Shown: positions 9,262 to 19,860, counted from the stretch's first letter. The stretch: DNA of 64,000 nt from an uncultured Gammaproteobacteria bacterium (GCA_963748995.1 CAVVKU010000017.1:11609-75608), one strand, 5' to 3'. A program made the numbers and translations. The notes: generated by a model from the letters alone, not told the origin.

Positions 9262-9945
9262 ATGCATGCACCACGCCGCATTCGCAGCTTCGTGTTACGC
9301 GCCGGACGGGTGACCCAGGCGCAGGAACGGGCCTTGGCCGACCTGTGGCCGATCTTCGGCGTGGATTTCGACGGGCGGGCGCTCGACCTGGACAAGGTCT
9401 TCGGCCGGTCCGCACCGCGCTGTCTCGAGATCGGTTTCGGCACCGGGGAGGTCATCGGGTCGCTGGCCAGGGCGCATCCCGAGACCGACCATCTGGGAAT
9501 CGAGGTGCATCGATCGGGGGTCGGGAGGCTTTTGTTACAGGCCCGGGAGCAAACCCTGTCCAACTTGCGCATCGTTTGCCACGATGCCGTCGAGGTCTTG
9601 ACCAGCAGCGTCGCGGATCGCTCGTTCGACACCATCCTCGTCTTCTTTCCCGATCCCTGGCACAAGAAGCGCCACCATAAACGCCGCTTGATCGACGCCG
9701 CTTTCGTCGAGACGCTGGCCAACAAGCTTCGGACCGGCGGCATGCTGCGGCTCGCGACGGACTGGCAGGAGTATGCCGAACAGATGCGTACCGTCTGCAA
9801 CGGCTGCGGAGCGCTGGTCTCGCAAAGCGCCGACGGCGGCTATGTGCAAAGACCCGATTTCCGTCCTCCGACGCGGTTCGAACGCCGCGGCGAGCGCCTC
9901 GGGCACGGCGTCTGGGATCTCGCCTACGTCAAGACCGGGCGATAG
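9262..9945 (+). CDS. trmB: tRNA (guanine46-N7)-methyltransferase
   Basis: LEIGFGTGE ... FFPDPWHKKRHHKRRL ... ATDWQEYAE. Confidence 0.9.
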   Translation: MHAPRRIRSFVLRAGRVTQAQERALADLWPIFGVDFDGRALDLDKVFGRSAPRCLEIGFGTGEVIGSLARAHPETDHLGIEVHRSGVGRLLLQAREQTLSNLRIVCHDAVEVLTSSVADRSFDTILVFFPDPWHKKRHHKRRLIDAAFVETLANKLRTGGMLRLATDWQEYAEQMRTVCNGCGALVSQSADGGYVQRPDFRPPTRFERRGERLGHGVWDLAYVKTGR

Positions 9946-9972
9946 CCGGCGCCCAGCCGCAGATCGGCGGTC

Positions 9973-10647
9973 TCAGGAAAGGAAACTGCCGCGGATGCCG
10001 TCGGTGATGAACTGCACCGCAAGCGCCGCGAGAATCACGCCCGACAGGCGATTCATGACGGCCGCGCCGGTGACCCCGAGTACGTTCATGAGCCGGGGCG
10101 CGGCCAGCATCACGGCGAGACACACCGCGATCACGAGCGCGACCACCCCCAAAAATCCGGCGAACAGCACGGGTCTCCCCCCGACCTCGCCTGCGGTCAA
10201 CAAAATGGTCGCAAGCGCGCCCGGTCCGGCGATGAACGGAAACGCGAGGGGAAACACCGAGATGTCCTCGCGTTTCATGGATTCTTCGTGCTCGGGCGTG
10301 GTCGATCGCGTCCCCGACGTGCGCGCAAATACCATGTCGAGCGAGATCAAGAAGAGGAGCGTGCCCCCGGCGATGCGGAAGGAGTTAAGGGAAATCCCCA
10401 TGACGTCGAGAAACTTTGCCCCCACCAGGGCGAACAGGATGCAGATCCCGAGGGAGATCGCCGACGCCTTGAAGGCCATGAGCCGCTTATAGGCTTGGTT
10501 CGCCCCTTCCGTCAGACCCGCGAACAACGGGATGAGCGAGACCGGCTCCACCACGACGAAAAAGACCACGAAGAATTTTATGAATTGCTGGATCAAGTTC
10601 AGAGTTGTTGCTTCGCGCAAAATTTTCCGATTGCGCGAAGGATTCAT
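9973..10647 (-). CDS. MarC-family (UPF0056) integral membrane protein
   Basis: FVVFFVVVEPVSLIPLFAGLT plus multiple TM segments. The start is uncertain: ATG 10647, or TTG 10596 which fits the family N-terminus better. Confidence 0.7.
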   Translation of the reverse strand: MNPSRNRKILREATTLNLIQQFIKFFVVFFVVVEPVSLIPLFAGLTEGANQAYKRLMAFKASAISLGICILFALVGAKFLDVMGISLNSFRIAGGTLLFLISLDMVFARTSGTRSTTPEHEESMKREDISVFPLAFPFIAGPGALATILLTAGEVGGRPVLFAGFLGVVALVIAVCLAVMLAAPRLMNVLGVTGAAVMNRLSGVILAALAVQFITDGIRGSFLS

Positions 10648-10689
10648 TGGGAGTTGAATGGAGTCGAGCATAACAGACGGAGACGGCCC

Positions 10690-10992
10690 ATGAACGTTGT
10701 GAAGCCGATCGTAGGTCAGTGGTATCGCGGCAATACCAACGAGCTGTTCGAAGTGGTCGCCATCGACGAAGAGGATGAGACCATCGAAATCCAATTTTTC
10801 GACGGCAGCGTCACCGAAGTCGAATTCGATTCCTGGAATGAACAGCTGCTCGACGAACTCATCGACATGGCGAACGCTCCTGAAGATTGGTCGGGCGCCA
10901 TCGATGTGGAGACCGAGGATCTGGACCGGGAATTCGAGGACACCGGGCGTACCGCCTGGTCGGTCCCTCAGGATCGGTCGCTGCGCCGCTGA
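10690..10992 (+). CDS. small acidic hypothetical protein (100 aa)
   Basis: ATG at 10690 inside ORF 10288..10992: MNVVKPIVGQWYRGNTNELFEVVAIDEEDETIEIQFFDGS... Family not recognised. Confidence 0.5.
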   Translation: MNVVKPIVGQWYRGNTNELFEVVAIDEEDETIEIQFFDGSVTEVEFDSWNEQLLDELIDMANAPEDWSGAIDVETEDLDREFEDTGRTAWSVPQDRSLRR

Positions 10993-11031
10993 AGTCCGGC
11001 TTGCCGGCGCACCGGGCCCTGTCGTCGCGCT

Positions 11032-12300
11032 CTAGGCGCCGCTCCGTGCCGTGTCGCGCGCGGCGAGCTCGTTCAAGGGCCGCCGCATGAAGATCAGCAA
11101 AATGAGTCCGGGCGTCGCCGCGAGGCAGGTGATGATGAAGAAGCGCGCCCATCCGACGACGGGAACGAGAACGCCCGCCGCCGCGCCCGAGAGATTCCGC
11201 GGCAGGGTGCCGATCGCCGAGAGCAACGCATACTGCATGGCGCTGTAATTGGTCGAACAGAGCGACATCAAGAACGCCACGAAGGCGGCCTGACCCATGC
11301 CGCCGACCATGGTGTCGACCGACGTGGCGAGCACCAGCAGCCACACCTTGCGGCCCGCCAGCGCGAGCCACATATAGAGCAGATTGGTGAGCGCCTGGGC
11401 GATGCCGAATATCAGCAGCGAGCGAAACGTCCCCCATCGTATGTACATGAGGCCGCCGAACGTCGTGCCTATGATGGTGGACACGGTCATGTTCAGCTTG
11501 CCGGCGATGCCGAGCTCGTCCAGCGAGAAGCCCATGCCGCGCAGCATGAACGTGCTGTAGAGGCTGAGAGCAAGCGCGTCGCCCACCTTGTAGAGCAGCA
11601 CCAGCGCCAGGAATCCCCACATGATCTTGGCGCCGAACAGCTCGCGCAGCGGATGCCAGATGGCATCGATCAGGGTACGCGGCGGATGGCTCGGCACGCG
11701 CGGCGCCGGTGCCCAGAAGGTCATGAACAGGGTGGCGGCCATGAGCGCGGCCACCAGGAGGAAAGCGACCCGCCACCCCAGATGGCCGGCGATGACCACG
11801 AGCACGGTGCCGGCCAGCATCGCCGCCGTGCGATAGCCGAATGTGGTCGCGGCGGCGGCAAGGGCGCGCTCGCTCGCGGGAATCGTGTCCACTTGATAGG
11901 CATTGATGACGATGTCCTGCGAGGCGGATAAGAACGCCACGCCGAACGCGACCGCGGCCAGCACGTACAGGCCGGTCGTTGGAGAACAGAACCCCATGGC
12001 GCCGATGCAGATCGCAAGGCATGCCTGGAAAACCACGATCCAGCCGCGCCGCCGATCCAGGAACGGTGGTACGTAGCGGTCGAGGAACGGGGCCCATAAG
12101 AACTTGAAGTTATAAGGCAATGCGACGAGCGACAGAAAACCGATGGTCTTGACCGCGAGACCGGAAGACGCAAGCCACGCCTGCAGGCTGAAATTGGTCA
12201 GATTGTAGGGCAGGCCGGACGCAAAGCTCAGGAACAATACGGCTGTCATGCGCTTGTCGCCGAGCGCTTGGAGCAGGGTTGGTTTCGCAGGATGCGTCAA
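11032..12300 (-). CDS. ampG: AmpG-family muropeptide MFS permease
   Basis: MTAVLFLSFASGLPYNLTNFSLQAWL..., FLDRRRGW, about 12 TM segments. Confidence 0.85.
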   Translation of the reverse strand: MTHPAKPTLLQALGDKRMTAVLFLSFASGLPYNLTNFSLQAWLASSGLAVKTIGFLSLVALPYNFKFLWAPFLDRYVPPFLDRRRGWIVVFQACLAICIGAMGFCSPTTGLYVLAAVAFGVAFLSASQDIVINAYQVDTIPASERALAAAATTFGYRTAAMLAGTVLVVIAGHLGWRVAFLLVAALMAATLFMTFWAPAPRVPSHPPRTLIDAIWHPLRELFGAKIMWGFLALVLLYKVGDALALSLYSTFMLRGMGFSLDELGIAGKLNMTVSTIIGTTFGGLMYIRWGTFRSLLIFGIAQALTNLLYMWLALAGRKVWLLVLATSVDTMVGGMGQAAFVAFLMSLCSTNYSAMQYALLSAIGTLPRNLSGAAAGVLVPVVGWARFFIITCLAATPGLILLIFMRRPLNELAARDTARSGA

Positions 12301-12403
12301 AGAATCTGGGCGCGGTTGCGGGTGCGGGTGATGAGCATCGCGCGCGATGATACCAGGCGCGGCCCTTGCGAAGCGCGACCTGCCTTGCGAGACTGCCGGC
12401 GGT

Positions 12404-13054
12404 ATGACTCTCCCCTATCAAAGCGACTTCATCGAACTGTGCACGCGCTTGGGCGTGCTGAAGTTCGGCAGCTTCAAGTTGAAGTCGGGCCGCGAGAGCC
12501 CGTATTTCTTCAACGCCGGGCTGTTCAGCTCGGGGGCCGCCATCGCGGCGGTGGGCAAAGCGTATGCCGATGCCATCGTGGCTTCGGACATCCGCTTCGA
12601 CATGCTGTTCGGGCCGGCCTACAAGGGAATCCCCCTGGTAACCGCGGCCTCAGCGGCGCTCGCCGAACATCACAGCATCGATCTGCCGTTCGCCTTCAAC
12701 CGCAAGGAGTCGAAGGATCACGGCGAGGGTGGACAGATCGTCGGCAGTCCCCTGCACGGTCGGGTCCTGATCGTCGATGACGTGATCACCGCCGGAACCG
12801 CCATCCGCGACTCGATCGAGATCATCCGGACCGCCGGCGCCCACCCCGCCGGGGTGCTGCTGGCCCTCGACCGGCAAGAGCGCGGGGCGGTGAGCCCTTT
12901 GTCCGCGGTCCAAGAGGTACGCGAGCAATTCGGCATGCCGGTGGTGGCGGTCATCAGTCTGTCGGACCTGATGCAGCACATGCGCATCCTCGGACGCGAG
13001 GCGGATCTCGCCGGCATGGAAGCCTACCGGGACCGCTATGGCCTCACAGATTGA
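12404..13054 (+). CDS. pyrE: orotate phosphoribosyltransferase
   Basis: [39 protein letters not shown] ... [13 protein letters not shown]. Confidence 0.92.
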   Translation: MTLPYQSDFIELCTRLGVLKFGSFKLKSGRESPYFFNAGLFSSGAAIAAVGKAYADAIVASDIRFDMLFGPAYKGIPLVTAASAALAEHHSIDLPFAFNRKESKDHGEGGQIVGSPLHGRVLIVDDVITAGTAIRDSIEIIRTAGAHPAGVLLALDRQERGAVSPLSAVQEVREQFGMPVVAVISLSDLMQHMRILGREADLAGMEAYRDRYGLTD

Positions 13055-13144
13055 GCAATACGCCCTGGAAAACGGAGGTTGCGCGGCTCAAAATGGCGCG
13101 CGGTCTCGAGGGGGTATGCGTTTGAAACAGCTCATCTGGCTCCT

Positions 13145-13753
13145 ATGCGCGGGCTTGTCGCTGCGGCGGCGGCGCCCGCGGGCTCTGCATCGTCGTCTGG
13201 TTCCGACCGGAAGGTATATGAATGGCAGGACGAGCAGGGCGTAACCCATTACGGCGATCGCATCCCGCCTGAATACGCCACCCAGGAGCACCGGGTCATC
13301 AACGGCCACGGGATCGAGATCGAGCACACGGACGCTCAGAAGACTCCGGACCAGGTGGCGGATGAGGACCAGAAAAGAGCCGATGCGGCACAGCGCGCGA
13401 GCCGTGACAAGAACCTGCTCGCCTCCTACGTCTCGGTCCAGGAAATCGAACATTTGCGCGATCAGCGCATCGCGCTGCTTTCGGACCAAATCAAGGTGAC
13501 CGGTCAGTTCCTCGATACGCTGAACAAGAAAATGACCGGCCTGCGGGGCGCCAGCGCCCGTTTCAAGCCTTACAGCTCCGACCCGAATGCGCCGCCCATG
13601 ACCGACCAATTGGCCGAAGACCTGGTGCGAGTCAGCAGCGACATCATCACGCAGGAAGAGAACCTTCGCGAGAAGCGCTCGGAAGCGGCGGCCATGAGCC
13701 GCCAATTCGATAGCGATATCTCACGTTTCAAAGAGCTGAAGGGCATCCATTGA
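13145..13753 (+). CDS. DUF4124 domain protein
   Basis: KVYEWQDEQGVTHYGDRIPPEY motif followed by a coiled-coil tail. The start is uncertain: 13079, 13145, or a frameshifted start at 13116 (see findings). Confidence 0.65.
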   Translation: MRGLVAAAAAPAGSASSSGSDRKVYEWQDEQGVTHYGDRIPPEYATQEHRVINGHGIEIEHTDAQKTPDQVADEDQKRADAAQRASRDKNLLASYVSVQEIEHLRDQRIALLSDQIKVTGQFLDTLNKKMTGLRGASARFKPYSSDPNAPPMTDQLAEDLVRVSSDIITQEENLREKRSEAAAMSRQFDSDISRFKELKGIH

Positions 13754-15030
13754 CAGCCAGAACCCGCATCCTGCTGGGCGTCACCGGCGGGATTGCCGTC
13801 TATAAAAGCCCCGATCTCGTACGCCGGCTGATTGAAAAAGGCGCCGAGGTCCAGGTGGTGATGACCGAGGCCGCGCAGAAATTCGTGAGCCCAATGACCT
13901 TTCAAGCCGTTTCCGGGCGCCCGGTCCGGGTCGGGTTGTGGGACGAGGCGGCCGAGGCCGCCATGGGCCATATCGAGCTTGCCCGCTGGGCAGAGCTCGT
14001 GCTGATCGCACCGGCCACCGCCGATTTCATTGCCCGGCTCGCCGGGGGCCGGGCGGATGATCTTCTGACCACGCTTTGTTTGGCGACCGAGGCACCGGTG
14101 GTGATCGCGCCGGCGATGAACCGTGTGATGTGGGCCAATAAGGCGACGCAGTCCAATGTCGGCGTCCTGGAATCGCGGGGTATCCGCATTCTAGGACCTG
14201 CGGCGGGCAATCAGGCGTGCGGGGAGGTCGGCGTCGGGCGCATGTGGGAGCCCAACGTCCTCGCAAGCACGCTCTTGGAGCCGCCGGCCAATGCGGGCCT
14301 GTTGGCCGGGGTCAATCTCCTGATCACCGCCGGACCCACCCGCGAGCGGCTGGATCCGGTGCGCTACCTGACCAACCGCAGTTCCGGAAAAATGGGCTTC
14401 GCGGTCGCGGCGGCCGCGCGCGAAGCAGGCGCTCACGTCACGTTGATCACCGGACCGGTGCACCTGCCGACACCTGCGGGCATCACGCGCATCAACGTCG
14501 AGAGCGCCCGAGAAATGTATGCCGCGGTGCATCGCCATGTGGCCGAGGCGGACGTGTTCGTCGCCGCCGCGGCAGTGGCCGATTTTCAGCCGGTCGCCGT
14601 CGCCAAGCAGAAGATCAAGAAACAGGGCGCCGCGCTCACGCTCGATCTCGAACCCGCGCCCGATATCGTCAAGTCGGTCGCCGAAATGAGCAAGCGCCCG
14701 CTGGTGGTCGGCTTCGCGGCCGAGACCAACGATGTCGAAGAGAACGCCAGAGCCAAGCTGAAGCGCAAGAAGCTCGACATGATTGCCGCCAACCAGGTGG
14801 GCGATGGGCTCGCCTTCGATTGCGACGACAATGCTCTGACCGTCATCTGGCCGGGCGGCAAACTCGAGATCGCCCGCGCGCCGAAGCTCACCGTCGCCCG
14901 CGAGCTGATCGCGCAGATTGCCAAGCGCCTTCCCCCCTCCGACGGCGCCCCCCGGCGCGGATCGCGCAAGCGCCGCAGCGCCACGGCGGACCAGCGCGGC
15001 CGCCTGCGCACCCGGCGAATCCGCCGCTGA
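13750..15030 (+). CDS. coaBC: bifunctional phosphopantothenoylcysteine decarboxylase / phosphopantothenate-cysteine ligase
   Basis: TTG start. [55 protein letters not shown]. There is an unusually basic C-terminal tail of about 35 aa. Confidence 0.9.
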   Translation: MTARTRILLGVTGGIAVYKSPDLVRRLIEKGAEVQVVMTEAAQKFVSPMTFQAVSGRPVRVGLWDEAAEAAMGHIELARWAELVLIAPATADFIARLAGGRADDLLTTLCLATEAPVVIAPAMNRVMWANKATQSNVGVLESRGIRILGPAAGNQACGEVGVGRMWEPNVLASTLLEPPANAGLLAGVNLLITAGPTRERLDPVRYLTNRSSGKMGFAVAAAAREAGAHVTLITGPVHLPTPAGITRINVESAREMYAAVHRHVAEADVFVAAAAVADFQPVAVAKQKIKKQGAALTLDLEPAPDIVKSVAEMSKRPLVVGFAAETNDVEENARAKLKRKKLDMIAANQVGDGLAFDCDDNALTVIWPGGKLEIARAPKLTVARELIAQIAKRLPPSDGAPRRGSRKRRSATADQRGRLRTRRIRR

Positions 15031-15488
15031 TGCCGCACAAGATCAAGCTCAAGATTCTCGATCCGCGGATCGGGCGGGAGTTTCCATTGCCCCAGCACGC
15101 AACGGCCGGCTCGGCCGGCATGGATTTGCGCGCCTGCCTGGCGGGACCTTTGGTGCTCCCGCCGGGCGCGGCCGAACTGATACCGACCGGCGTGTCGATC
15201 TATGTCGAGGACCCGCAGCTCGCGGCGTTGCTGCTGCCGCGATCGGGTTTGGGTCACAAGAACGGGATCGTTCTTGGCAACTTGGTGGGGTTGATCGATT
15301 CGGACTACCAGGGACCGCTGATGGTGTCGTGCTGGAACCGCGGCGCGACGCCATTCACCATCAATCCCGGCGACCGGATCGCGCAGATGGTGATCGTGCC
15401 GGTGGTGCGCGCGGAATTCGAAGTCGTCGAGGACTTCGATGCCACGACGCGCGGCGCCGGGGGGTTCGGCAGCTCGGGACACGCGTAG
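15030..15488 (+). CDS. dut: dUTP diphosphatase
   Basis: ATG overlaps the coaBC stop by 1 nt. [15 protein letters not shown]...[10 protein letters not shown]...GLIDSDYQG...[10 protein letters not shown]. Confidence 0.92.
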   Translation: MPHKIKLKILDPRIGREFPLPQHATAGSAGMDLRACLAGPLVLPPGAAELIPTGVSIYVEDPQLAALLLPRSGLGHKNGIVLGNLVGLIDSDYQGPLMVSCWNRGATPFTINPGDRIAQMVIVPVVRAEFEVVEDFDATTRGAGGFGSSGHA

Positions 15489-15555
15489 CCAATCTCCGCG
15501 CTCGCCCGCAAAATGCCGCTAGTGAAAAGGGCCGCGCACATCCATGCTCGCGTGC

Positions 15556-16230
15556 ATGGCGATTCGAGATTGGCCCCGCTCTGAACGGCCACGTGAGAAG
15601 CTGCTGGAGCGAGGCGCCGGTGCTCTCTCGGACGCCGAGCTGCTGGCCATCCTGCTGAGGAACGGCACCGCCGGGCAGTCCGCGCTGGATCTGGCCCGTT
15701 CGATCCTCGCCCACTTCGGATCGCTCCGGCACCTGCTGGCGGTCGACCGCGCGCGCTTTTGCGCCGGACCGGGTTTGGGGCTCGCTCGATATGCCGAAAT
15801 CCAGGCGGCCGCCGAGATCTCGCGCCGCCAGCTATCGGAGCCGCTGCGGGTGGGGCCGCTGCTCGGAAGCCCGAAAGCCACGCGCGATTATCTGAGCGCC
15901 CGGCTGCGCCACTTGGAGCATGAAGTCTTCTGCTGTCTATACCTCGACAAGCGTCATCGACTCATGCACTGCGAGGAGCTGTTCCGCGGCACCATCGACG
16001 GCGCGAGCGTGCATCCGCGCGAGATCGTCAAGCTGGCGCTGCAGAGAAACGCCGCCGCCGTCATCGTCGCGCACAACCACCCCTCGGGAATCGCAGAGCC
16101 GAGTCAGGCGGATGAGCTCATCACTCAGCGCGTGAAGGAGGCGCTCGCGCTGGTCGACATCCGGCTGCTGGACCATCTCATCGTCGGAGATGGGGCGTGC
16201 GTATCGCTGGCGGAGCGGGGGCTCATTTGA
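15556..16230 (+). CDS. radC: RadC-family JAB-domain protein
   Basis: [34 protein letters not shown]... and HNHPSG (JAMM motif). Confidence 0.88.
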   Translation: MAIRDWPRSERPREKLLERGAGALSDAELLAILLRNGTAGQSALDLARSILAHFGSLRHLLAVDRARFCAGPGLGLARYAEIQAAAEISRRQLSEPLRVGPLLGSPKATRDYLSARLRHLEHEVFCCLYLDKRHRLMHCEELFRGTIDGASVHPREIVKLALQRNAAAVIVAHNHPSGIAEPSQADELITQRVKEALALVDIRLLDHLIVGDGACVSLAERGLI

Positions 16231-16424
16231 GGGCTCCCGCTCACAGGCGGGATTTGCAAACGAATGTAGCGGGACCCTACAAAGTGTCCGAAGTTTGCGC
16301 GGAAACGTTGCAACCATGCCGAAAGCTCCGTTCCGCCGACGGGGTCGTAATACTGTTCATATGTCCAGTATTACAGAGGAACCACTCGTAGAAACAATGG
16401 ATTACCTCACTGGAAGGACCAGTG

Positions 16425-16682
16425 TCAGTGATGCCCAGCCTGCGTGCCAGGTGCGGTACCGTTGCCGGGCGACGCCTGCTTGGGGGCATCGCCTATGTTC
16501 TGTACGCGGACACGCGAGCCGTCGGGACAGACCCGATAGCAGTCGGGATAGCCGGCTCGGGCGGAGCAGCCGTTGGTGGCGTCCAGCCAACCGGATTCCA
16601 CATGGCAGCCGGCGGGCCACTGCGACTGGACGCAACCGTGGAGGACGCCGAGGAGCGCAATGCTGCCAAGTGGACCACGCAC
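16425..16682 (-). CDS. hypothetical small Cys-rich secreted protein or lipoprotein (85 aa)
   Basis: GTG start with AGG upstream. N-terminus MRGPLGSIALLGVLHGC, then 4 more Cys. Third-codon positions are GC-rich. There is a possible TTGTCC-16-TATGAT promoter in the AT-rich stretch 16690-16740. Competes with plus-strand ORF 16422..16754. Confidence 0.35.
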   Translation of the reverse strand: MRGPLGSIALLGVLHGCVQSQWPAGCHVESGWLDATNGCSARAGYPDCYRVCPDGSRVRVQNIGDAPKQASPGNGTAPGTQAGHH

Positions 16683-16810
16683 CGGCCTAACCTAATATAT
16701 TATTGTTACAAATCATATTCATACAGAAGAACTGGACAACGGCTTCGAACGTAGGATTGGCCTTGCGGGGCCGGCTTGCGCTGCGCCGATGCACGGCGCA
16801 GCGAGTGAGA

Positions 16811-16839
16811 TTGCTTCGCCGATCCCCTGCTGGTATAAA
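16811..16839 (+). promoter_or_regulatory. sigma70-type promoter candidate for rpmB-rpmG-mutM
   Basis: TTGCTT (16811-16816), 17-nt spacer, TATAAA (16834-16839), about 40 nt upstream of the rpmB ATG. Confidence 0.5.
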
Positions 16840-16877
16840 GCACGGCTCTTCTCGGCGTCCATCGTAAGGTCAAGATC

Positions 16878-17114
16878 ATGTCGCGAGTCTGCCAGGTCAC
16901 GGGCAAAGGCCCGAAAACCGGTAACACGGTGTCCCATGCGAACAATCGCAAGCGTCGCCGCTTTTTGCCGAATCTCCATACCCATCGGTTCTGGCTGGAA
17001 AGCGAGAAGCGTTTCGTGAGCCTCCGGGTGTCTACGCGCGGTCTTCGCACCATCGAGAAGCGCGGCATCGAGGTCGTCGTGGCGGATCTTCGCGCCGACG
17101 GCGTCAAGGTCTAA
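16878..17114 (+). CDS. rpmB: 50S ribosomal protein L28
   Basis: [33 protein letters not shown]... Confidence 0.95.
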   Translation: MSRVCQVTGKGPKTGNTVSHANNRKRRRFLPNLHTHRFWLESEKRFVSLRVSTRGLRTIEKRGIEVVVADLRADGVKV

Positions 17115-17135
17115 AGGTCCAAGGGAGCATTCGTC

Positions 17136-17291
17136 ATGCGCGATAAGATCAAGCTCGTCTCCTCCGCCGGCACCGGTCATTACTACACGACCACCAAAAA
17201 CAAGCGCCTGCATCCGGACAAGATGGAGACCAAGAAATTCGATCCGGTCGTGCGCAAGCACGTCGCTTACAAAGAATCGAAGATCAAGTAA
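17136..17291 (+). CDS. rpmG: 50S ribosomal protein L33
   Basis: Below the ORF-track size cutoff. My translation is [51 protein letters not shown]. Confidence 0.93.
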   Translation: MRDKIKLVSSAGTGHYYTTTKNKRLHPDKMETKKFDPVVRKHVAYKESKIK

Positions 17292-17315
17292 CGCCGAGTA
17301 CGGAGCGGCCCGCTC

Positions 17316-18131
17316 CTGCCCGAGCTCCCTGAAGTAGAAACCACCCGCCGGGGCATTGCTCCCGGGCTCCTCGGGCGGCGCGTGATCGAGGCCGTGGTGC
17401 GCGAGCGCCGCTTACGCTGGCCGATCGAGAAGAAATTCGAATCCTGGCTCCGCGGCCAATCCATCCGCAGTATCGAGCGGCGCGCCAAATACATCCTGAT
17501 CGGTTTCGATTCCGGCACCGCGATCGTGCATCTCGGCATGTCGGGGAGTCTGCGCATGCTGCCCTCGGGCACGCCGCCGCGACCGCACGATCACTGGGAC
17601 CTGATCCTGGACTCTGGGAAGGTGCTTCGTTTCCACGACCCGCGGCGCTTCGGCAGCCTTCATTGGGTGGTGGGCGACCCGCTGCTGCATCCGCTGCTCG
17701 CAAAGCTTGGGCCCGAGCCCTTGTCGACGGACTTCGATGCGCAGTATCTGCACCGTGCCACGCGCAAACGCTCCGTGGCCATCAAGCATCTCATCATGAA
17801 TTCGCACATTGTGGTCGGTGTAGGAAACATCTACGCAAGCGAGGCTTTGTTCAGGGCCCGCATCTCGCCGCGGCGTGCGGCGCGCCGGATCACCCGCGAA
17901 GAGTCGAAGGCGTTGGTGCGCGCAATCAAAGAGGTGCTGTCCCAGGCCATCGAAATCGGCGGCACCACCTTGCGTGACTACGTCAACGCCGAAGGGACGC
18001 CCGGCTACTTCTCGCAGCAGCTTTTTGTCTACGAGCGGTCGAAACAGTCGTGCCGGATCTGCAAGTCGCCGATCAAGCAATTCACGCAGGGTCAGCGCTC
18101 GACCTATTGGTGTGCCGTCTGCCAGCGCTAG
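17316..18131 (+). CDS. mutM: formamidopyrimidine-DNA glycosylase (apparent CTG start)
   Basis: The track ORF starts at 17382. The conserved N-terminus PELPEVETTRRGIAPGLLGRRV is encoded from 17319 and is preceded by CTG at 17316. The C-terminal zinc finger is CRICKSPIKQFTQGQRSTYWCAVCQ. Confidence 0.8.
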   Translation: MPELPEVETTRRGIAPGLLGRRVIEAVVRERRLRWPIEKKFESWLRGQSIRSIERRAKYILIGFDSGTAIVHLGMSGSLRMLPSGTPPRPHDHWDLILDSGKVLRFHDPRRFGSLHWVVGDPLLHPLLAKLGPEPLSTDFDAQYLHRATRKRSVAIKHLIMNSHIVVGVGNIYASEALFRARISPRRAARRITREESKALVRAIKEVLSQAIEIGGTTLRDYVNAEGTPGYFSQQLFVYERSKQSCRICKSPIKQFTQGQRSTYWCAVCQR

Positions 18132-18132
18132 C

Positions 18133-19860
18133 CTAGTAAACCAGCCCCTCGCCCTCGCCGCGCGGATCCGAAGCGGCGGCCACTTTGCCGCTGCCGAAAT
18201 CCCAGGTGATGACCTCCATGTTGCCCCAACGGCGGTCGCCCTGTTCCAGCTCATGACCCATGGATTTGAGGCGCGCAATCTCATCGTCCGTCAGCGCGCC
18301 TTTTTCGTATTCGACCACGTCGGGCAGATATTGATGGTGGTAGCGAGGGTCCGCGACGATTTCCTGGGCGCTCATGCCGCTCAAATAATCGAGCGTCCCC
18401 AGGATCACCATGCTGATGATGTAGCTGCCGCCGGGAGTCCCGATGATCATGAGGCCCTTGGGGGTCTCGATGAAGCTCGGCGTCATGCTGGACAGCGGAC
18501 GCTTGTTGGCGGCGATGGCGTTCTCCGCGTTGCCGACCAGTCCGAACGTGTTCGGCGTGCCGGGCTTGATCGAAAAGTCATCCATGGTGTCGTTGAGCAG
18601 TACGCCGGTGTTCGGAATCATGTCGCCCGAGCCGAAGAACAGGTTGATCGACAGCGTCCCCGCAACGCGGTTGCCGGCAGCATCGAGAACGGAGAAGTGC
18701 GTCGTGTCCTGCCCGACCGGCGCGGTCTCGATGCCGGGAAGCATGTCGCTCGGCAGGGCCTTGTCCGGGCGGATGCTCGATCGCTGGCCGGCGGCATAAT
18801 CCTTGCTGACCAATTGCGCCACCGGCGTTTTCACGAAATCCGGATCGCCCAGATAGACCGCGCGATCCCGGTATGCGCGCTGCATGGCCGAGATGATCCA
18901 GTGTTTGCGCGTGGCCGAATCGCTGCTGCGCAGGTCGACTCCGGACAGGATATTGAGCGCGTCGAGCAACGCGACGCCCCCCGAGGAGGGCGGCGATGCG
19001 GACACGATGCGCGCTCCCCGGTACTCGCCGATCAGCGGCTTGCGCTCGACCACCCGGTAGTCGGCGAGATCCTTCAAGGTCCAGATGCCGCCGCCTGCGC
19101 GCACTCCGGTCACCAGATCCTCGGCGACCCGTCCCGAGTAAAAGCCGCTCGAACCCTTGTCGGCGAGCGCCTCGAGCGTCGCAGCGAGCTGCGGTTGCTT
19201 GATGATCGCGCCGAGCTCGGGCACCTTCCCGTCGGCGGTCAAGAACACCCTGGCCGCATCCGGTGAAAGCAGCAAACCTTCGCGTTTGTAGGAGATCGCA
19301 CTCTGCAGGCGCGCGTACAACGGGAAGCCCTCGCGCGCCAGCCGTATCGCGGGTGCGAGACTCACCTTCAGGGAAAGCTTGCCGAATTTTCGGGCGAGAT
19401 AGTCGAACGCCGCGGGCTCGCCGGGGATGCCGGCCGCCAACGCGCCCCTCGTGGACGCGTGCGCGATGGGGTTGCCCGAAGCATCGAGGTACATGTCGCG
19501 GGTTGCCGCGCCGGGAGCCTTCTCGCGTGCATCCACCATGGTCTCCAGGCCATCGGCCGCACGATGCAGCAGATAGAATCCGCCGCCGCCCAAGCCCGAG
19601 CTCGTGGGCTCGACCACCGCGAGCGCGGCGGACACGGCCACCGCGGCGTCGAAGGCATTGCCGCCGTGCGCGAGAATCTCCTGACCGGCCTCGCTCGCCA
19701 AGGGATAGGCGCTCGCGATGGCGCCCTTGTGCGCGACCGCGGGGGGAGTGATCGATCGGGCGGCGGACGGCGGCCGCCCCGTGTCATCTGCGTGCGATAG
19801 CGGCGCCCAAAGAAGCAGCGCGGCGAGACACGGTGCGAAGAACGCGGCGGAGCGGATCAA
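18133..19860 (-). CDS. ggt: gamma-glutamyltransferase
   Basis: Signal peptide. Autoprocessing site region [24 protein letters not shown]. Confidence 0.9.
   Translation of the reverse strand: MIRSAAFFAPCLAALLLWAPLSHADDTGRPPSAARSITPPAVAHKGAIASAYPLASEAGQEILAHGGNAFDAAVAVSAALAVVEPTSSGLGGGGFYLLHRAADGLETMVDAREKAPGAATRDMYLDASGNPIAHASTRGALAAGIPGEPAAFDYLARKFGKLSLKVSLAPAIRLAREGFPLYARLQSAISYKREGLLLSPDAARVFLTADGKVPELGAIIKQPQLAATLEALADKGSSGFYSGRVAEDLVTGVRAGGGIWTLKDLADYRVVERKPLIGEYRGARIVSASPPSSGGVALLDALNILSGVDLRSSDSATRKHWIISAMQRAYRDRAVYLGDPDFVKTPVAQLVSKDYAAGQRSSIRPDKALPSDMLPGIETAPVGQDTTHFSVLDAAGNRVAGTLSINLFFGSGDMIPNTGVLLNDTMDDFSIKPGTPNTFGLVGNAENAIAANKRPLSSMTPSFIETPKGLMIIGTPGGSYIISMVILGTLDYLSGMSAQEIVADPRYHHQYLPDVVEYEKGALTDDEIARLKSMGHELEQGDRRWGNMEVITWDFGSGKVAAASDPRGEGEGLVY

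Noticed and set aside
14925-15030. Basic CoaBC tail of about 35 aa ([32 protein letters not shown]) as evidence of a lost stop codon or frameshift
   Set aside because: The frame is continuous, and the stop overlaps the dut ATG in a normal coupled arrangement. It cannot be told apart from a lineage-specific tail without orthologues.
16422-16754. Plus-strand 110-aa ORF as the gene in the radC-rpmB spacer
   Set aside because: It has no signal peptide, motif or credible RBS, and it runs into the AT-rich promoter-like stretch. The minus-strand ORF has better start context and GC3 bias. Both remain weak.
16779-16803. 10-bp GC hairpin CGCTGCGCCG-ATGCA-CGGCGCAGCG as a terminator
   Set aside because: There is no U-tract on either strand, and no gene ends nearby. 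It is kept only as a note in the radC-rpmB spacer finding.
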